This document shows, piece after piece, positions 26,990 through 35,581 of a stretch of 43,755 nt of DNA. The notes under the pieces are model-generated. The model was not told the origin of the DNA, did no database searches, and was given only the letters and a program-made list of their open reading frames with translations. Source of the stretch: Campylobacterales bacterium (GTDB lineage: Bacteria > Campylobacterota > Campylobacteria > Campylobacterales > QNZT01); NCBI GenBank assembly GCA_026994915.1, contig JALWPY010000155.1, forward strand, positions 1 to 43,755, written 5' to 3'. The position numbers and the translations under genes were made by a program. The first letter of the stretch is position 1. Each line of letters begins with the position of its first letter.

Positions 26990-28008
26990 TGTCGCAGATT
27001 CGCTACGATCTGTTCCATGACCGCTATGTCATCATCGCTCCCAACCGTGCGCAGAGGGCCGCTTTCCTGAAACCGCAGAAGCCGGAAGAACCCCGCAAAT
27101 GCCCCTTTTGCGAAGGAAACGAGTCGCTGACGCCGCCGGAGATATTCGCCCTTCGGGACGGGAGTGCCGCCAACCAGAAGGGGTGGCGCACACGTGTCGT
27201 ACCCAATCTCTACAAAGCGGTAGAGATAGAGGCGTCGCTGACCCGGGAGCGGGAGCGGAGTTTCGAGTGGCAGGAGGGATTCGGGGCGCATGAAGTGATC
27301 ATCGACATGCCTCGTCATGAACTGAGCATGGCAGCGTGGAGCGAGAAAGAGTTTGCCGACTGGCTGGAGACGGTACAGGAGCGGGTGACGGATCTGCACC
27401 GCGACTTTCGGCTGGTCTATCTCTCTGTCTTCAAGAACCACGGCGTGCATGCGGGGGCAACGCAGCCCCATCCCCACACGCAGATTCTGGGACTTCCGAT
27501 GATCCCCAAGCGGGAACTTCCTATGCTGGCGCATCAGGTGACCTACTACCGGGAGCACGGCAAGGCAGTGGCGGAGGTGTTGCGCGAGGATGAGCTGGCG
27601 GCCAAAGAGCGGATCATCATGCAAAACGACCATTTTGTTGCGATCGCCCCCTTTGCGAGCGCATTTCCTTTCGAAGTGTGGGTGACGCCGAAGGAGCCGA
27701 TCGCGACGCTTATGACGATGCATGCGGAGCAGACGGAGACGCTGGCGAAGCTGCTCAAAGCACTATTTGGCAACATGGTTGACGTATTGGGGAACTTCGA
27801 CTTCAATCTCACTTTCGAGATTGCACCGCTGCAAAAAGATGGTACGAGTGCGTCGATGTTCGAAGATTTTGCGCAGGCATGTCGTTTTGGCATACGCATC
27901 GTTCCGCGCGTGACGGGGATCGGGGGCTTTGAATTGGCGACAGGTATGCATATCAACCCCGTTTCTCCGGAAGAGGCGGCCCGAAAGATCAGGAGTGCGC
28001 AACCGTGA
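26986..28008 (+). CDS. GalT-family (HIT superfamily) hexose-1-phosphate nucleotidyltransferase / NDP-hexose phosphorylase-like enzyme
   Basis: I set the start at the ATG at 26986 (ATGA overlap with the glk stop) rather than the ORF-track start at 26866, which lies inside glk. The Zn-site motif CPFCEGNE and the active-site HPHTQ (H-x-H) are present; 340 aa. Confidence 0.8.
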   Translation: MMSQIRYDLFHDRYVIIAPNRAQRAAFLKPQKPEEPRKCPFCEGNESLTPPEIFALRDGSAANQKGWRTRVVPNLYKAVEIEASLTRERERSFEWQEGFGAHEVIIDMPRHELSMAAWSEKEFADWLETVQERVTDLHRDFRLVYLSVFKNHGVHAGATQPHPHTQILGLPMIPKRELPMLAHQVTYYREHGKAVAEVLREDELAAKERIIMQNDHFVAIAPFASAFPFEVWVTPKEPIATLMTMHAEQTETLAKLLKALFGNMVDVLGNFDFNLTFEIAPLQKDGTSASMFEDFAQACRFGIRIVPRVTGIGGFELATGMHINPVSPEEAARKIRSAQP

Positions 28009-29423
28009 AAGTGCTCTTTTGCGCTTCGGAAGCGTGGCCCTTCGCCAAGAGCGGGGGACTTGCTGACGTGGCGCATGCACTGCCCAAGGCACTTTCAAAG
28101 CATGCGGATGTGACGCTGATGGTGCCCTGGTACCGTTTCATGGATTTGCCGCTCACATCGCTGGAGAGGGTGGCGGAGATGACGCTCTCTTTTGGTGGTG
28201 CGTCGTACGATGTTGTTTTTTACCGTCTTGCGCACCATGAAGAGGGTGCGGAGGTACTCTTCGTCTACTCCGAAATTCTGAGCGAGCGGGAGACACTCTA
28301 CGGGCCGTCGGGCAGTGGGTATGCAGACAACGATCTGCGATTTGCCCTCTTCAGCCGGGCGATCGTCCGGTATGCGCAGCATGCGGCCTTCGACATTCTT
28401 CATCTCAACGACTGGCACACCGCACTCGCCGCACTCTTCGCCAAAGAGCGGCAAATCGGGGCGAAGGTGGTCTTTACGATCCACAATCTCGCTTTTCAGG
28501 GTATCTTCGATCATGCACGTCTGGAACTGCTGGGGATCGATCCGCGCCGGTTTCAGATGGAGGCACTGGAGTTTTACGGCAAGATCAACTTCATGAAGGC
28601 GGGGATCGCCTTTTGCGATGTGCTGACGACGGTGAGCCCGACCTATGCGAAAGAGATTTTGACTCCGGAGTTCGGGTGCGGGCTGGAGGGGTTTTTGCGC
28701 AAACACGGTGACAAGCTGCGGGGAATTCTCAACGGCATCGATACCGCCTTTTTCGATCCTGTGCATGACAGGTTGCTTGCATGCGGCTATCAGGGAGACC
28801 TCGCCGCTTTCAAAGCGTGTAACCGCCGGGCACTGCTTTCGGTGACGGACCGGTTGCCGCTATTTGCCTTTACCGGAAGGTTGACCGAGCAGAAAGGGAT
28901 CGATCTGCTGATCGCATTCGGGGAGCGGCTGGCGCGGTTGCCGCTTCGGTTCGTCTTTCTGGGAGAGGGTGAGAAGCGCTTTTCGGAGGCGCTGGAGAGA
29001 CTCTCTAAGCGACATGAAAATATACACTTTTTCGACGGATACAGCGAGAAGCGGGCGCACCTACTCTATGCCGCCGCCGACTTTCTGGTGATGCCCTCGC
29101 GCTTCGAACCCTGCGGACTCAACCAGATGATCGCGATGCACTACGGTACCGTTCCGATCGCCCATGCCGTCGGCGGCCTGCACGATACGGTGCATGAGAA
29201 CTGCTCCCTCTGCGGGTGCGGACTCCCTTTCGAGGAGTGCAGCTCTGAAACACTACTGCAGCAGATCGAAGCGGCGCTTGCGCTTTTTGAAGATAAAGAG
29301 GTGATGTCGCAGATCAACCGCTTCAACATGGCATGCGACTTCTCGTTCGCGAAACCGGCGGAAGCCTATCTGGCGCTGTACGGGGAGTTGCTGGGGAAAG
29401 ATGAAGCAGGCACGCAGCGCTGA
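28005..29423 (+). CDS. glgA: Glycogen/starch synthase (GT5), paralog 1
   Basis: MKVLFCASEAWPFAKSGGLADVAHALPKAL, IHNLAFQG, PSRFEPCGLNQM and the rest of the GT5 pattern are present. The GTGA overlap with the upstream stop indicates coupling. Confidence 0.95.
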   Translation: MKVLFCASEAWPFAKSGGLADVAHALPKALSKHADVTLMVPWYRFMDLPLTSLERVAEMTLSFGGASYDVVFYRLAHHEEGAEVLFVYSEILSERETLYGPSGSGYADNDLRFALFSRAIVRYAQHAAFDILHLNDWHTALAALFAKERQIGAKVVFTIHNLAFQGIFDHARLELLGIDPRRFQMEALEFYGKINFMKAGIAFCDVLTTVSPTYAKEILTPEFGCGLEGFLRKHGDKLRGILNGIDTAFFDPVHDRLLACGYQGDLAAFKACNRRALLSVTDRLPLFAFTGRLTEQKGIDLLIAFGERLARLPLRFVFLGEGEKRFSEALERLSKRHENIHFFDGYSEKRAHLLYAAADFLVMPSRFEPCGLNQMIAMHYGTVPIAHAVGGLHDTVHENCSLCGCGLPFEECSSETLLQQIEAALALFEDKEVMSQINRFNMACDFSFAKPAEAYLALYGELLGKDEAGTQR

Positions 29424-29570
29424 AAACGGGGAATGCTCCCTGGTAAGTCGGTTTTATGCATAAAATATTTTGAAATAATAGTGTATTTAATCGCAAAAGC
29501 GGTACAATTTTATAAAACAAATCTGATATCTGATTGTTAATTTCACATATCGGATGGAGGAGTGCCGTTT

Positions 29571-31055
29571 ATGTCTGAAAAACTGAAAATCCTCTTTGTC
29601 GCTTCGGAGGTGGTACCGTTTGCCAAAAGCGGCGGTCTGGCCGATGTGGCGGGGGCGCTGCCAAAAGCGATCGCCGCGATGGGGCATGAGATTGTCGTTG
29701 TGATGCCGCGCTACTACAGCATCGACAAAAGTGAGCTCGAGCATATTCCCGGGCCGCTCGGGGTGCCGATGGGGAGTATGGGTGAGCTCTGGGCGGGGGT
29801 CTACAAGAGTAACCTTCCAGGTTCGAAGGTGCCGGTCTACTTTATCGACTACGAGCACTTCTACGGACGCAGCGGGCTCTACGACGAAAACAACATGAGC
29901 TATCCCGACAACGACAATCGCTTCATCTTCCTCTCCAAGGCGGCATTTCAGCTCGCCAAAAAGCTCGACTTCAAACCCGACATCATCCATGCCAACGACT
30001 GGCATACCGCCACGATGCCGGTACTCAAAAACACGCGCTACGCACTCGACCCGCACTTCATCGACGCCGCTTCGGTGCTGACGATCCACAATCTCCACTA
30101 TCAGGGACGTTTCTACAAAGGGGCGATCGATGTGCTGGAGGTGGGGTGGCAGGAGTTTCGCCCGGAAGTGCTTGAAGAGTTCGACGGGGTCAACTTCCTC
30201 AAAGGAGGAATTGCCCATGCCGACGCGGTGACGACGGTGAGCCGGCAGTATGCCAGAGAGATCCAGACACCGGAGTTCGGCTGGGGACTGGAGGAGCATA
30301 TCAGAGCACACAGTGACAAGCTCTACGGCATCCTAAACGGTGTCGACTACGAAGAGTGGTCGCCGGCGATCGATCCCTATATCGCGCAAAATTACGACAT
30401 CGATGATATGGCCGGCAAGGCGGTGTGCAAAAAGGCGCTGCAGGAGGATTTTTCACTGCCGCAGCGTGCGGATGTACCGGTCATCGGGTTTATCGGGCGG
30501 TTTGTGGAGCAGAAGGGGATCTCGCTGATCGCGCATGTGCTTCCGAAGTTGCTGGAGATGGATATACAGATGGTCTTTCTGGGCAGTGGCGAGCCGTGGG
30601 CGGAGGGCTTCTTCTCCGATGTGGCGGGTCGCTACCCTGACAAAGTGGGCACCTACATCGGCTATAACAACGCCCTCGCACACAGGATCGAGGCGGGGTG
30701 CGATCTCTTTCTGATGCCTTCGCTCTTCGAGCCGTGCGGACTGAACCAGATCTATTCGCTACGCTACGGTACGGTGCCGATCGTGCGGGCGACCGGCGGG
30801 CTGGAAGATACGATCGAGAATTTCGACCCCTACAGCCGCTTCGGCAACGGATTCAAATTTTACGAAGCGTCACCCGAAGCACTTTTCAATACTGTGGAGT
30901 GGGCGGTGAAAGTCTACTATGAAGATCCCAAAGGGTTTGCAACCCTGCGTGAAAACGGGATGCAGGCACATTTTGGCTGGGATGAAGCGGCCGAAGCCTA
31001 TGACAAACTCTACCACATGCTCGTATATAAACAACAGATGAAACGCTATCAGTAG
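29571..31055 (+). CDS. glgA: Glycogen/starch synthase (GT5), paralog 2
   Basis: The ATG at 29571 has GGAGGAG 8 nt upstream. Motifs KILFVASEVVPFAKSGGLADVAGALPKAI, IHNLHYQG and PSLFEPCGLNQI are present. A 147-bp AT-rich spacer separates it from paralog 1. Confidence 0.95.
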   Translation: MSEKLKILFVASEVVPFAKSGGLADVAGALPKAIAAMGHEIVVVMPRYYSIDKSELEHIPGPLGVPMGSMGELWAGVYKSNLPGSKVPVYFIDYEHFYGRSGLYDENNMSYPDNDNRFIFLSKAAFQLAKKLDFKPDIIHANDWHTATMPVLKNTRYALDPHFIDAASVLTIHNLHYQGRFYKGAIDVLEVGWQEFRPEVLEEFDGVNFLKGGIAHADAVTTVSRQYAREIQTPEFGWGLEEHIRAHSDKLYGILNGVDYEEWSPAIDPYIAQNYDIDDMAGKAVCKKALQEDFSLPQRADVPVIGFIGRFVEQKGISLIAHVLPKLLEMDIQMVFLGSGEPWAEGFFSDVAGRYPDKVGTYIGYNNALAHRIEAGCDLFLMPSLFEPCGLNQIYSLRYGTVPIVRATGGLEDTIENFDPYSRFGNGFKFYEASPEALFNTVEWAVKVYYEDPKGFATLRENGMQAHFGWDEAAEAYDKLYHMLVYKQQMKRYQ

Positions 31056-31071
31056 CGACAAGGAGGCGGCG

Positions 31072-32997
31072 ATGCCACATGCGATCCACTACGACTTTTC
31101 ACTCTTTACGGAGTACGATATCTATCTCTTCAAGCGCGGCGAACATACCAAACTCTACGAAAAGATGGGGGCGCACCTGTGTGAACACAAAGGCAAAAGC
31201 GGTGTTCTCTTCGCCGTCTGGGCTCCCAATGCGAAGTATGTGAGCGTAGAGGGGGATTTCAACGGGTACGATCCAAAATCCCATCCGCTGAAGTTGCGTG
31301 AAGATGAGAGCGGCATCTGGGAAGGGTTCATCGAGGATGTGCAGGAGGGAGAGACCTACAAATACTACATCGAATCCAAAATCGACGGTATCGTTCACCA
31401 CAAAGCGGACCCTTACGCCTTCTATGCCGAGAAACCGCCCAAATCGGCGTCGCGCGTCTGGAACCCCGAAAAGCATGACTGGCAGGACAGTGCGTGGATG
31501 GCGTCACGCCACACCAAAAATGCCCACAATACCCCGATCACGACCTATGAAGTACATCTGGGTTCGTGGCGCCGGAAGGTGGAGGAGGATAACCGCTACC
31601 TCACCTACGAAGAGGCGGCGACTGAACTGGCGGAGTATTTGACACAGATGCACTATACCCATGTGGAGCTGATGCCGATCACCGAGTATCCTTTCGCCGG
31701 ATCATGGGGATATCAGGTGACGGGTTACTTCGCTCCGACGGCGCGCTTCGGCACCCCCGAAGCTTTCATGGCCTTTGTCGACACGATGCATGCGCATGGT
31801 ATCGCCGTGATTCTCGACTGGGTACCGTCGCACTTCGTGACCGACGGGCATGGATTGATCAATTTCGACGGGACTTGTCTCTATGAGCATGAAGATCCCC
31901 GTCTCGGTTTTCATCCGGAGTGGGGGAGTGCGATCTTCAACTACGGACGCAACGAAGTGCGCAGCTTTCTGATCTCGTCGGCGATGTTCTGGCTGGAGAA
32001 GTACCATATCGACGGGATCCGTGTCGATGCGGTGGCGTCGATGCTCTATCTCAACTACGCGCGCAAAGAGGGAGAGTGGCTCCCCAACAAGTACGGCGGC
32101 AACGAAAATCTTGAAGCGATTGCCTTCATACGCCAGCTCAACACTTCGGTATTTGCAGCCTTTCCCGACATCGTTATGATCGCGGAGGAGTCGACCGCAT
32201 GGCCGATGGTGACACGCCCGGTCGATGTGGGCGGGCTCGGGTTCACTTTCAAATGGAACATGGGGTGGATGCACGACAGCCTCAAATATTTCAAAACCGA
32301 TCCGATCCACCGTCAGTATCACCATAGCCAGCTGACATTCAGTATCTGGTACGCCTTCGATGAGCAGTTTGTACTGCCGCTCAGCCATGACGAAGTGGTC
32401 CACATGAAGGGATCGCTGATCAACAAAATGGCCGGCGATGCCAATCAGAAGTTCGCCAATCTGCGCGCACTCTATACCTATATGATGGCGCATCCGGGTA
32501 AAAAACTGCTCTTTATGGGCGGGGAGTTCGCACAGTGGGCGGAGTGGAACTACAAGCAGAGCCTCGACTGGCATCTGCTGGTGCATGAGAATCACAGGGG
32601 CATCCAGCGACTGGTGGCGGACCTGAACAGACTCTACCGTGAACAGGCGGCACTCTATCTCTACGACGAGAAGCATCAGGGATTCGAATGGATCGACTAT
32701 CATGATGTACACCACAATGTGATTGTTTTCCTGCGCAAATGTGATGACGACAAGGAGTCGATCCTGGTGGTGTGTAACTTTTCCGATACGATTCTGGACG
32801 ACTACCGCATCGGCGTGCCATACTCAAAAGTGTGGGAAGAGATATTCAACTCGCAGTCAAGGGAGTATGCGGGGTGGGACATCACCAACCCCTATCCCAA
32901 AAAGGTCGAAACGATCCCGATGCACAACTACGATCAGTCGATCAGCCTGCGCCTGCCTCCGCTGGGTGTGATCTATCTGAAACAGGTCGAAGTTTAG
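31072..32997 (+). CDS. glgB: 1,4-alpha-glucan branching enzyme (GH13)
   Basis: 641 aa with an AAGGAGG RBS. GH13 catalytic regions DWVPSHF, GIRVDAVASM, IAEEST and LSHDEVVH are present. Confidence 0.95.
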   Translation: MPHAIHYDFSLFTEYDIYLFKRGEHTKLYEKMGAHLCEHKGKSGVLFAVWAPNAKYVSVEGDFNGYDPKSHPLKLREDESGIWEGFIEDVQEGETYKYYIESKIDGIVHHKADPYAFYAEKPPKSASRVWNPEKHDWQDSAWMASRHTKNAHNTPITTYEVHLGSWRRKVEEDNRYLTYEEAATELAEYLTQMHYTHVELMPITEYPFAGSWGYQVTGYFAPTARFGTPEAFMAFVDTMHAHGIAVILDWVPSHFVTDGHGLINFDGTCLYEHEDPRLGFHPEWGSAIFNYGRNEVRSFLISSAMFWLEKYHIDGIRVDAVASMLYLNYARKEGEWLPNKYGGNENLEAIAFIRQLNTSVFAAFPDIVMIAEESTAWPMVTRPVDVGGLGFTFKWNMGWMHDSLKYFKTDPIHRQYHHSQLTFSIWYAFDEQFVLPLSHDEVVHMKGSLINKMAGDANQKFANLRALYTYMMAHPGKKLLFMGGEFAQWAEWNYKQSLDWHLLVHENHRGIQRLVADLNRLYREQAALYLYDEKHQGFEWIDYHDVHHNVIVFLRKCDDDKESILVVCNFSDTILDDYRIGVPYSKVWEEIFNSQSREYAGWDITNPYPKKVETIPMHNYDQSISLRLPPLGVIYLKQVEV

Positions 32998-33070
32998 AGG
33001 AAAAAGTGTTAAATAATTTGAAAAAAAGTCGATTTAAAGATTAATTGAAACAAGATACAAAGGATCACTC

Positions 33071-35581
33071 ATGAAAGCAGTTGTTATGGCCGGCGGTTTC
33101 GGTACTCGGATTCAGCCTCTGACCCACTCCCTTCCCAAGCCGATGCTTCCTATTGTCAACCGACCGATGATGGAGCATATTATCGTCAAGTTGCGAGACG
33201 AGCTGGGGATCAAAGAGTTTGTGATACTGCTCTACTTCAAACCCGATACAATCCGGGATTACTTCAAAGACGGCAGTGACTGGGGGATCAGCATCGACTA
33301 TGTTCTGCCCGACGACGACTACGGTACGGCAGGTGCGGTCAAGTGTGCCGAGGCGTACCTCAAAGATGAGAACTTCGTCATCGTCAGCGGCGATCTGGTG
33401 ACCGACTTCGACTTCACACAGATCGTCTCCGCACACGAAGCCAAAGAGGCGAAGCTCACCATCGCACTGACGCCGGTTGAAGATCCGCTGCAGTTTGGTG
33501 TCGTCATCACCGACGAAGAGGATCGTATCGAGAAGTTTCTGGAGAAGCCGGGCTGGGGAGAGGTCTTCAGCGATACGATCAATACCGGCATCTATATCAT
33601 CGAGCCGGAGATTCTGGGGTATATTCCGCATGAGAGCAACTTTGACTTCGCCAAAGATCTCTTTCCGTTGCTGATGGAGGAGGGGATCACGCTCTACGGA
33701 CCGCAGGTACGTGGCTACTGGCGCGATGTCGGCAATCCGTACAGTTACCGTGATGTCTACGACGATATTCTCTCAGGAAAAGTGCACTTCGACTTTTCGG
33801 GGTATCACATCGAACCCGGGCGGGATATGCTCTATGCTCCGGAAGGAAGTGACTACGGTCATGTCGATACCAAAGGGGTCGTGATTCTGGGTGAGCATGT
33901 GAGTATCGGCAACAATGTCAGACTCCACAATGTCGTTATCGGCAACAACGTACGCATCGGGGATGACGTAACGATGCACAACTGTGTTCTCTGGAACGAT
34001 ATCATCGTCGAAAAGGGGGCGAGGCTCTGTCGCTCCGTCATCTGCGACCATAACCGTCTGGGCGAGCGTACCATCATCAAAGAGGGGGCGATCATCGCCG
34101 AGAACTGCGATATTCTTGACGACGTGACGATCGAGAAAGATGTCATCGTCTGGCCCGACAAAGTGATCGAAGAGGGTGCGATCGTCAGCAACAATGTCAT
34201 CTGGGGCAGCAAATATAAAGCCTCCATCTTCGAAGAGGGAACGGTCCGGGGACGCACCAACATCGAACTCTCATGCGATATGTCGACCAAACTCGCCGAG
34301 GCGATGGGAACGATGCTGCCTGTAGGGAGCAAGGTCTATGTCTCCAGAGACTACCACCGCAGTTCGCGTATGCTCAAACGTGCCTTTCTGGGAGGGTTGC
34401 TCTCCTCAGGGCTCGACGTCGTCGATATCACCTATATGCCCTCCGCGGCCATGCGCTATCAGCTGGCCCATCATGACGATATCCGCGCCGGTGTGCACTT
34501 TCGCCAAAGTATCACCGACAAGACCCATACCGAGATCCTCTTCTTCACGGAGGAGGGGCTGCGCATAGATACCAACATGGCCAAAAATATCGAACGGGTC
34601 TTTTTCAGGGAGAGTTTTCGGCGTGTCGATCCCGACGATATCGGTGAGATCACAGAGGCGGAGTTTCTGGAGCGGGAGTATAAAGAGCAGATTCTCAAAC
34701 ATCTCAATCTCGAAGCGATCCGCCTCAACGAGACCAAAGTGATTGTCGACATGATGCACGGTGCGGTGGCGAAGATCTACCCCGATCTGCTGAACGAACT
34801 GCAGATCGAGCACATCATGCTCAACATCAACCCTGACGAGAAGAAGCTTGCGACACTGCCGACGCTGGAGAAGCGTTCACGCCAGAATCTCTCACGGATC
34901 GTGCAGAGTCTGGAGTACGATCTGGGTTTCATCGTCTATCCCAACGGGCAGAAGATGCTGATGGCAACGGAGCGCGGAGAGATTCTTGCCGGAGAGCTCG
35001 CACTGCTGACGGTACTCAATCTCATCGACAAAACAGCGACGCAGAAGCGAAAAGTCTTTTTGCCATCATGGGCACCCGATCTCTACGATGCACACTTCAA
35101 AAACCTGCAGATCGAACGGGGCAAATACCGCAACTTCACCGCCGAAAAGCTCAAAGAGTACTATCTGGTCGCTTCGGTGGAGGGGAACTTTGCCTTTACC
35201 GAGTTCGCACTCAATCGCGACGCGATCTTTGCGAGTCTGAAGGTGCTGGAGCTGCTGAGTGCGCACCATCTGCGGCTGGGTGAGATCGTCGATGAGGTGC
35301 GTGGCTTCTACTATGTACACGAGCGTGTCGCATGTCCGTCGAGCCGAAAAGGGAAGATGATGCGCCGCTTTCTCGAAGATGCCAAAGGGAAGCGCGCTTC
35401 GATGGAGGACGGTGTCAAGATCTGGCTCGGGGAAAACGACTGGATTTTGATGATTCCCGACCAGTATGACGAGAGTCTGAATCTATACATTCAGGCGCAT
35501 GACGAAGCGACGGGAGAGAAGATACTGGAGACCTATCGTGAGAAAATAGACGGGTGGCTCGGTGAAAAAGACGACGGTTAA
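33071..35581 (+). CDS. Sugar-1-phosphate nucleotidylyltransferase, left-handed beta-helix and degenerate phosphohexomutase-like domain fusion (836 aa)
   Basis: The N-terminus MAGGFGTRIQPLTHSLPKPMLPI is the NTP-transferase signature. Hexapeptide repeats occupy residues ~270-380. The C-terminal ~430 aa is colinear with PGM/PMM domains I-IV, but the catalytic loops are altered (see findings). Confidence 0.85.
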   Translation: MKAVVMAGGFGTRIQPLTHSLPKPMLPIVNRPMMEHIIVKLRDELGIKEFVILLYFKPDTIRDYFKDGSDWGISIDYVLPDDDYGTAGAVKCAEAYLKDENFVIVSGDLVTDFDFTQIVSAHEAKEAKLTIALTPVEDPLQFGVVITDEEDRIEKFLEKPGWGEVFSDTINTGIYIIEPEILGYIPHESNFDFAKDLFPLLMEEGITLYGPQVRGYWRDVGNPYSYRDVYDDILSGKVHFDFSGYHIEPGRDMLYAPEGSDYGHVDTKGVVILGEHVSIGNNVRLHNVVIGNNVRIGDDVTMHNCVLWNDIIVEKGARLCRSVICDHNRLGERTIIKEGAIIAENCDILDDVTIEKDVIVWPDKVIEEGAIVSNNVIWGSKYKASIFEEGTVRGRTNIELSCDMSTKLAEAMGTMLPVGSKVYVSRDYHRSSRMLKRAFLGGLLSSGLDVVDITYMPSAAMRYQLAHHDDIRAGVHFRQSITDKTHTEILFFTEEGLRIDTNMAKNIERVFFRESFRRVDPDDIGEITEAEFLEREYKEQILKHLNLEAIRLNETKVIVDMMHGAVAKIYPDLLNELQIEHIMLNINPDEKKLATLPTLEKRSRQNLSRIVQSLEYDLGFIVYPNGQKMLMATERGEILAGELALLTVLNLIDKTATQKRKVFLPSWAPDLYDAHFKNLQIERGKYRNFTAEKLKEYYLVASVEGNFAFTEFALNRDAIFASLKVLELLSAHHLRLGEIVDEVRGFYYVHERVACPSSRKGKMMRRFLEDAKGKRASMEDGVKIWLGENDWILMIPDQYDESLNLYIQAHDEATGEKILETYREKIDGWLGEKDDG

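Noticed and set aside
29521-29534. Tandem heptamer ATCTGAT x2, with TTGAAA/TATAAA-like boxes nearby, in the spacer between the two glgA genes.
   Set aside because: It is too short to distinguish from chance. An internal promoter here is plausible, but I could not define -35/-10 elements with correct spacing.
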